The notes beneath the pieces are model-generated. The model ran no database searches and had not been told where the DNA came from. It saw nothing but the letters and a program-made list of their open reading frames with translations. Positions 7,864-12,483 of a stretch of DNA of 12,483 bases are shown here, in pieces. Origin of the DNA: an uncultured Fibrobacterales bacterium (lineage in GTDB: Bacteria > Fibrobacterota > Fibrobacteria > Fibrobacterales > CAWVXU01); NCBI GenBank assembly GCA_963934255.1, contig CAWVXU010000077.1, positions 1 to 12,483 on the forward strand, read 5' to 3'. A program made the translations under genes and the position numbers. Numbering within the stretch: position 1 is the first letter of the stretch; every line of letters begins with the position of its first letter.

Positions 7864-7931
7864 GGTTTCATCAAGATTTTGGTTTTCTCGATTATGTTTA
7901 AGGATTGGTTTTAATTTAATAGTATATTCAT

Positions 7932-7964
7932 AAAAAAGGGTTCTTCAATATTGAAGAACCCTTT
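7932..7964. terminator. Probable bidirectional intrinsic terminator between the convergent sulfatase gene and lpdA
   Basis: Perfect 30-bp palindrome AAAGGGTTCTTCAAT-ATTGAAGAACCCTTT (7935-7964). It has a 6-T tail on the minus strand and a shorter T-rich tail on the plus strand. Confidence 0.8.
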
Positions 7965-8009
7965 AAATTTTTATTTATTCAAATAATTATTGATTGAGAA
8001 ATGTTTTAT

Positions 8010-9413
8010 CTATAAATGAGGACTGATTCCTTGAGAGTCTAAAGCAGCTTCCATCACGGATTCACTCAATGTTGGGTGTGCGTGAATTGTATGTGCAATT
8101 TCTTCCCAAGTAGATTCAAGCTTCATCGCAAGACCAAGTTCCGCCAATAGTTCAGTTGCTTCGTAACCCACGATGTGAGCTCCAACAAGTTCACCATACT
8201 TTTTATCAAAGATGAGCTTGACTTGACCTTCTGTATGTCCAATCGCACGTGCTTTACCAGAAGCTGCAAATGGGAATCGACCAATTTGAACTTCCATACC
8301 TTGTTCTTTGGCCTTGGCTTCTGAGATCCCTACAGAGGCAATTTGAGGCTGACAATAAGTACAGCCAGGTACTTTTGAGTAATCAACACTATGAGGGTTT
8401 TGACCCAGGATGTGAGCTACTGCAGTTTCACCTTCAAACGAAGCTTTATGTGCAAGCATTTGTTTACCTGTCACATCACCAATAGCGTAGATACCTTTAA
8501 CAGATGTCTGCATCATATTGTTAACTTTAATCATACCACGTTCGTTAAGTTTAACACCTGCTTTATCAAGACCCAGATCTTCAGTATTAGCAATCATTCC
8601 GATAGCAACAAGTACTCGATTGACTTTTAAAGTTGTTTCAACACCTTTGGCATCTTTTATGACTGCTTCAATTTGACCTTTTTTCTTTAAGGTCGCTGAC
8701 TCGACTGTGGTTCTGGTATAAACATTGATGCCTTGTTTTTTGAACGAAGATTCTACCATTGCGGCTTGTTCTTTGTCTTCAACGGGTAGGATTTGATCCA
8801 TCATCTCAACCATGTGTACTTCAACACCCATAGCGTTAAATACATAAGAGAATTCAGAACCGATTGCACCAGAACCGACAACAAGAAGTTTCTTTGGAAG
8901 GTCTTCTAACTCTAAAGCTTTACGGTAAGTGATAAAGTTTTCACCATCAATAGGAAATGTTGGGATTTCACGGGCTCTGGCGCCAGTGGCAATCACGATA
9001 GCACCGGCATTGATTATTTCTTTTGAGCCTTCAGCGTTTTCGACTTCCACAATACCAGAAGCAACAATACGGCCAGAGCCCATGATCACTTCAATTTTGT
9101 TTTTCTTCATCAAAAACTTAACACCCTTAGAATTGGTATCAGCTACGCTACGAGAGCGAGCTATAACCTTTGCATAGTCTGTCTTAACGCCCGTCACAGT
9201 CAGGCCATAATCTTCTGCGTGATTAATATCCGTTAAAACTTCAGCTGATTTAATTAAAGCTTTAGTTGGGATGCATCCCCAGTTTAAACAAATCCCACCA
9301 AGGTGCTTGTTTTCAATGATGGCCACTTTTTTACCAGCTTGGGCCATTTTAATTGCTGCTACATATCCGCCAGGGCCAGAACCGATGACGACTAGATCAA
9401 ATTTTTTAGACAT
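8010..9413 (-). CDS. lpdA: Dihydrolipoyl dehydrogenase (E3)
   Basis: GSGPGGYVAA (FAD), GGICLNWGCIPTK (redox disulfide), IATGA, VGSGAIGSEF (NAD), YAIGDV, HAHPTLSE. AAAGG RBS upstream, 12 nt after the E2 stop. Confidence 0.96.
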   Translation of the reverse strand: MSKKFDLVVIGSGPGGYVAAIKMAQAGKKVAIIENKHLGGICLNWGCIPTKALIKSAEVLTDINHAEDYGLTVTGVKTDYAKVIARSRSVADTNSKGVKFLMKKNKIEVIMGSGRIVASGIVEVENAEGSKEIINAGAIVIATGARAREIPTFPIDGENFITYRKALELEDLPKKLLVVGSGAIGSEFSYVFNAMGVEVHMVEMMDQILPVEDKEQAAMVESSFKKQGINVYTRTTVESATLKKKGQIEAVIKDAKGVETTLKVNRVLVAIGMIANTEDLGLDKAGVKLNERGMIKVNNMMQTSVKGIYAIGDVTGKQMLAHKASFEGETAVAHILGQNPHSVDYSKVPGCTYCQPQIASVGISEAKAKEQGMEVQIGRFPFAASGKARAIGHTEGQVKLIFDKKYGELVGAHIVGYEATELLAELGLAMKLESTWEEIAHTIHAHPTLSESVMEAALDSQGISPHL

Positions 9414-9425
9414 AATTGGCCTTTC

Positions 9426-10032
9426 TTAAAGCATCATGCAAGCAGGGTTTTCAAGTATTTCTTTGAGTCCATTCACAAAAGCCGCGGCGTCTGCACCATT
9501 GATCACTCGGTGATCAGAAGTCAGAGTGACAGTCATTTGGTTTTTTGAATCAATTTCACCATTTTCTTTACGATAAAGAACTTCTTCAACTCCAGCGATA
9601 GCAAGGATAGCAGACTGTGGTGGATTGATGATGGAAGTGAACTGAGAAACCCCAAACATACCCATATTAGAAATTGTGAATGTTCCACCTTGAAATTCTT
9701 CAAGAGCTAAAGTTCCTGACTTGGCTTTAGCTACGAGGGATTTGACTTCAGCAGAAATAATACCCAAGGGTTTGCGGTCGGCATCTTTAACAATCGGAGT
9801 AATCAGTCCACCAGGGATAGATACTGCAACTGAGATATCAATGTTTCCATTTTGACGGATGAAATCACCATGCCATGACGAGTTGACTACTGGGTGACGA
9901 CGAAGATTCATCGCAACACCTTTAAGTACAAGGTCGTTAATAGAAATTTTGTAACCAGGAGTTTGGTTTAATTCTTTGCGAAGACCGTTCAGCTTATCCA
10001 CACCAATTTTCATTGATACGAAGAACTCAGGC
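9426..10032 (-). CDS. pdhC: Dihydrolipoamide acetyltransferase (E2), catalytic domain only; 5' part lost at the palindrome axis
   Basis: KISINDLVLK, DISVAVSIPGGLITPIV, GGTFTISNMGMFG, IINPPQSAILA, DHRVINGA. No lipoyl or E3-binding domain is present. The ORF-track start (TTG 10052) lies across the axis and is created by the mirror sequence. Confidence 0.85.
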
Positions 10033-10639
10033 GCCTGAGTTCTTCGTATCAATGAAAATTGGTGTGGATAAGCTGAACGGTCTTCGCAAAGAATTAAACC
10101 AAACTCCTGGTTACAAAATTTCTATTAACGACCTTGTACTTAAAGGTGTTGCGATGAATCTTCGTCGTCACCCAGTAGTCAACTCGTCATGGCATGGTGA
10201 TTTCATCCGTCAAAATGGAAACATTGATATCTCAGTTGCAGTATCTATCCCTGGTGGACTGATTACTCCGATTGTTAAAGATGCCGACCGCAAACCCTTG
10301 GGTATTATTTCTGCTGAAGTCAAATCCCTCGTAGCTAAAGCCAAGTCAGGAACTTTAGCTCTTGAAGAATTTCAAGGTGGAACATTCACAATTTCTAATA
10401 TGGGTATGTTTGGGGTTTCTCAGTTCACTTCCATCATCAATCCACCACAGTCTGCTATCCTTGCTATCGCTGGAGTTGAAGAAGTTCTTTATCGTAAAGA
10501 AAATGGTGAAATTGATTCAAAAAACCAAATGACTGTCACTCTGACTTCTGATCACCGAGTGATCAATGGTGCAGACGCCGCGGCTTTTGTGAATGGACTC
10601 AAAGAAATACTTGAAAACCCTGCTTGCATGATGCTTTAA
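10033..10639 (+). CDS. pdhC: Mirror copy of the truncated E2 catalytic domain
   Basis: Translation identical to 9426..10032; part of the inverted duplication and probably not an independent gene. Confidence 0.6.
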
Positions 10640-10651
10640 GAAAGGCCAATT

Positions 10652-12055
10652 ATGTCTAAAAAATTTGATCTAGTCGTCATCGGTTCTGGCCCTGGCGGAT
10701 ATGTAGCAGCAATTAAAATGGCCCAAGCTGGTAAAAAAGTGGCCATCATTGAAAACAAGCACCTTGGTGGGATTTGTTTAAACTGGGGATGCATCCCAAC
10801 TAAAGCTTTAATTAAATCAGCTGAAGTTTTAACGGATATTAATCACGCAGAAGATTATGGCCTGACTGTGACGGGCGTTAAGACAGACTATGCAAAGGTT
10901 ATAGCTCGCTCTCGTAGCGTAGCTGATACCAATTCTAAGGGTGTTAAGTTTTTGATGAAGAAAAACAAAATTGAAGTGATCATGGGCTCTGGCCGTATTG
11001 TTGCTTCTGGTATTGTGGAAGTCGAAAACGCTGAAGGCTCAAAAGAAATAATCAATGCCGGTGCTATCGTGATTGCCACTGGCGCCAGAGCCCGTGAAAT
11101 CCCAACATTTCCTATTGATGGTGAAAACTTTATCACTTACCGTAAAGCTTTAGAGTTAGAAGACCTTCCAAAGAAACTTCTTGTTGTCGGTTCTGGTGCA
11201 ATCGGTTCTGAATTCTCTTATGTATTTAACGCTATGGGTGTTGAAGTACACATGGTTGAGATGATGGATCAAATCCTACCCGTTGAAGACAAAGAACAAG
11301 CCGCAATGGTAGAATCTTCGTTCAAAAAACAAGGCATCAATGTTTATACCAGAACCACAGTCGAGTCAGCGACCTTAAAGAAAAAAGGTCAAATTGAAGC
11401 AGTCATAAAAGATGCCAAAGGTGTTGAAACAACTTTAAAAGTCAATCGAGTACTTGTTGCTATCGGAATGATTGCTAATACTGAAGATCTGGGTCTTGAT
11501 AAAGCAGGTGTTAAACTTAACGAACGTGGTATGATTAAAGTTAACAATATGATGCAGACATCTGTTAAAGGTATCTACGCTATTGGTGATGTGACAGGTA
11601 AACAAATGCTTGCACATAAAGCTTCGTTTGAAGGTGAAACTGCAGTAGCTCACATCCTGGGTCAAAACCCTCATAGTGTTGATTACTCAAAAGTACCTGG
11701 CTGTACTTATTGTCAGCCTCAAATTGCCTCTGTAGGGATCTCAGAAGCCAAGGCCAAAGAACAAGGTATGGAAGTTCAAATTGGTCGATTCCCATTTGCA
11801 GCTTCTGGTAAAGCACGTGCGATTGGACATACAGAAGGTCAAGTCAAGCTCATCTTTGATAAAAAGTATGGTGAACTTGTTGGAGCTCACATCGTGGGTT
11901 ACGAAGCAACTGAACTATTGGCGGAACTTGGTCTTGCGATGAAGCTTGAATCTACTTGGGAAGAAATTGCACATACAATTCACGCACACCCAACATTGAG
12001 TGAATCCGTGATGGAAGCTGCTTTAGACTCTCAAGGAATCAGTCCTCATTTATAG
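10652..12055 (+). CDS. lpdA: Mirror copy of dihydrolipoyl dehydrogenase
   Basis: Identical 467-aa translation to 8010..9413; part of the inverted duplication. Confidence 0.7.
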   Translation: MSKKFDLVVIGSGPGGYVAAIKMAQAGKKVAIIENKHLGGICLNWGCIPTKALIKSAEVLTDINHAEDYGLTVTGVKTDYAKVIARSRSVADTNSKGVKFLMKKNKIEVIMGSGRIVASGIVEVENAEGSKEIINAGAIVIATGARAREIPTFPIDGENFITYRKALELEDLPKKLLVVGSGAIGSEFSYVFNAMGVEVHMVEMMDQILPVEDKEQAAMVESSFKKQGINVYTRTTVESATLKKKGQIEAVIKDAKGVETTLKVNRVLVAIGMIANTEDLGLDKAGVKLNERGMIKVNNMMQTSVKGIYAIGDVTGKQMLAHKASFEGETAVAHILGQNPHSVDYSKVPGCTYCQPQIASVGISEAKAKEQGMEVQIGRFPFAASGKARAIGHTEGQVKLIFDKKYGELVGAHIVGYEATELLAELGLAMKLESTWEEIAHTIHAHPTLSESVMEAALDSQGISPHL

Positions 12056-12100
12056 ATAAAACATTTCTCAATCAATAATTATTTGAATAAATAAAAATTT

Positions 12101-12133
12101 AAAGGGTTCTTCAATATTGAAGAACCCTTTTTT
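12101..12133. terminator. Mirror copy of the lpdA terminator
   Basis: AAAGGGTTCTTCAATATTGAAGAACCCTTTTTT, the reverse complement of 7932..7964. Confidence 0.6.
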
Positions 12134-12201
12134 ATGAATATACTATTAAATTAAAACCAATCCTTAAACATAATCGAGAAAACCAAAATCTTGATGAAAC
12201 C

Positions 12202-12483
12202 TTACAGGCTATCTTTAGGATTAACTCGGTCAGTTTCATGCAAGATTCGATTTAAACGATCCACATCTTGAAGCTCTTGACAATTTAGTTTGTGGCTGCT
12301 TTCTAAGCTAGATTTGATGTTTGTATCTTCATGAATATCCGAAATTTCAAATACTTCTTCACCCTGTGTTCTTGCTCTTTGCATGTGGCAATAGTATCTA
12401 TTATCCTCGTCGATAATGAGTCCTTGATTAGCAAGAGGTACATAGACTTTTTTATTATCAGATACAGAGTCGAACAAACTATG
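12202..12483 (-). CDS. Mirror copy of the 3' end of the LtaS-like sulfatase gene (partial)
   Basis: FDSVSDNKKV...VNPKDSL is identical to the C-terminus of 5692..7863. Confidence 0.6.
   Translation of the reverse strand, partial: HSLFDSVSDNKKVYVPLANQGLIIDEDNRYYCHMQRARTQGEEVFEISDIHEDTNIKSSLESSHKLNCQELQDVDRLNRILHETDRVNPKDSL

Larger units (their letters stand above)
7582..12483. repeat. Spacer-less inverted duplication with two 2451-bp arms, axis between 10032 and 10033, running to the window end
   Basis: Position i pairs with 20065-i. The centre reads ...AAGAACTCAGGC|GCCTGAGTTCTT.... All mirrored ORFs have identical translations, the intergenic region matched where I checked it, and the window end (…CAAACTATG) is the reverse complement of 7582 onward (CATAGTTTG…). 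I did not compare every base. Confidence 0.97.

Noticed and set aside
10013..10052. Two divergent, overlapping 208-aa E2 genes with TTG starts
   Set aside because: The starts and first residues come from reading across the symmetry axis. There is no RBS and no room for a promoter.
10652..12055. A second lpdA paralogue
   Set aside because: It is identical to the first, including flanking intergenic DNA, and is explained by the inverted duplication.

Overview
AT-rich bacterial chromosomal window of mostly housekeeping and envelope genes. In order: (1) a 5'-truncated fibre-like protein with 26 exact 10-aa repeats and a distinct C-terminal domain, followed in frame by an unannotated 47-aa ORF and then a lipoprotein with an FGE-sulfatase (SUMF1-like) domain; (2) gpmI on the minus strand with its terminator; (3) a decayed hybrid histidine kinase (HATPase remnant plus receiver) joined to a decayed IS256-family element; (4) an LtaS/MdoB-type membrane sulfatase-fold enzyme with an inserted Cys/Asp-rich MopE-like motif; (5) lpdA and the catalytic domain of pdhC. 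The dominant structure is a loop-less inverted duplication of 4902 bp (7582..12483, axis 10032/10033) that cuts pdhC and mirrors pdhC', lpdA and the 3' end of the sulfatase gene. It is most likely a fold-back amplification or assembly artefact, so everything after 10032 should not be counted as new genes until reads confirm it. I found no convincing novel system. The best biological leads are the fibre/small-ORF/lipoprotein cluster and the MopE-motif LtaS-like protein.
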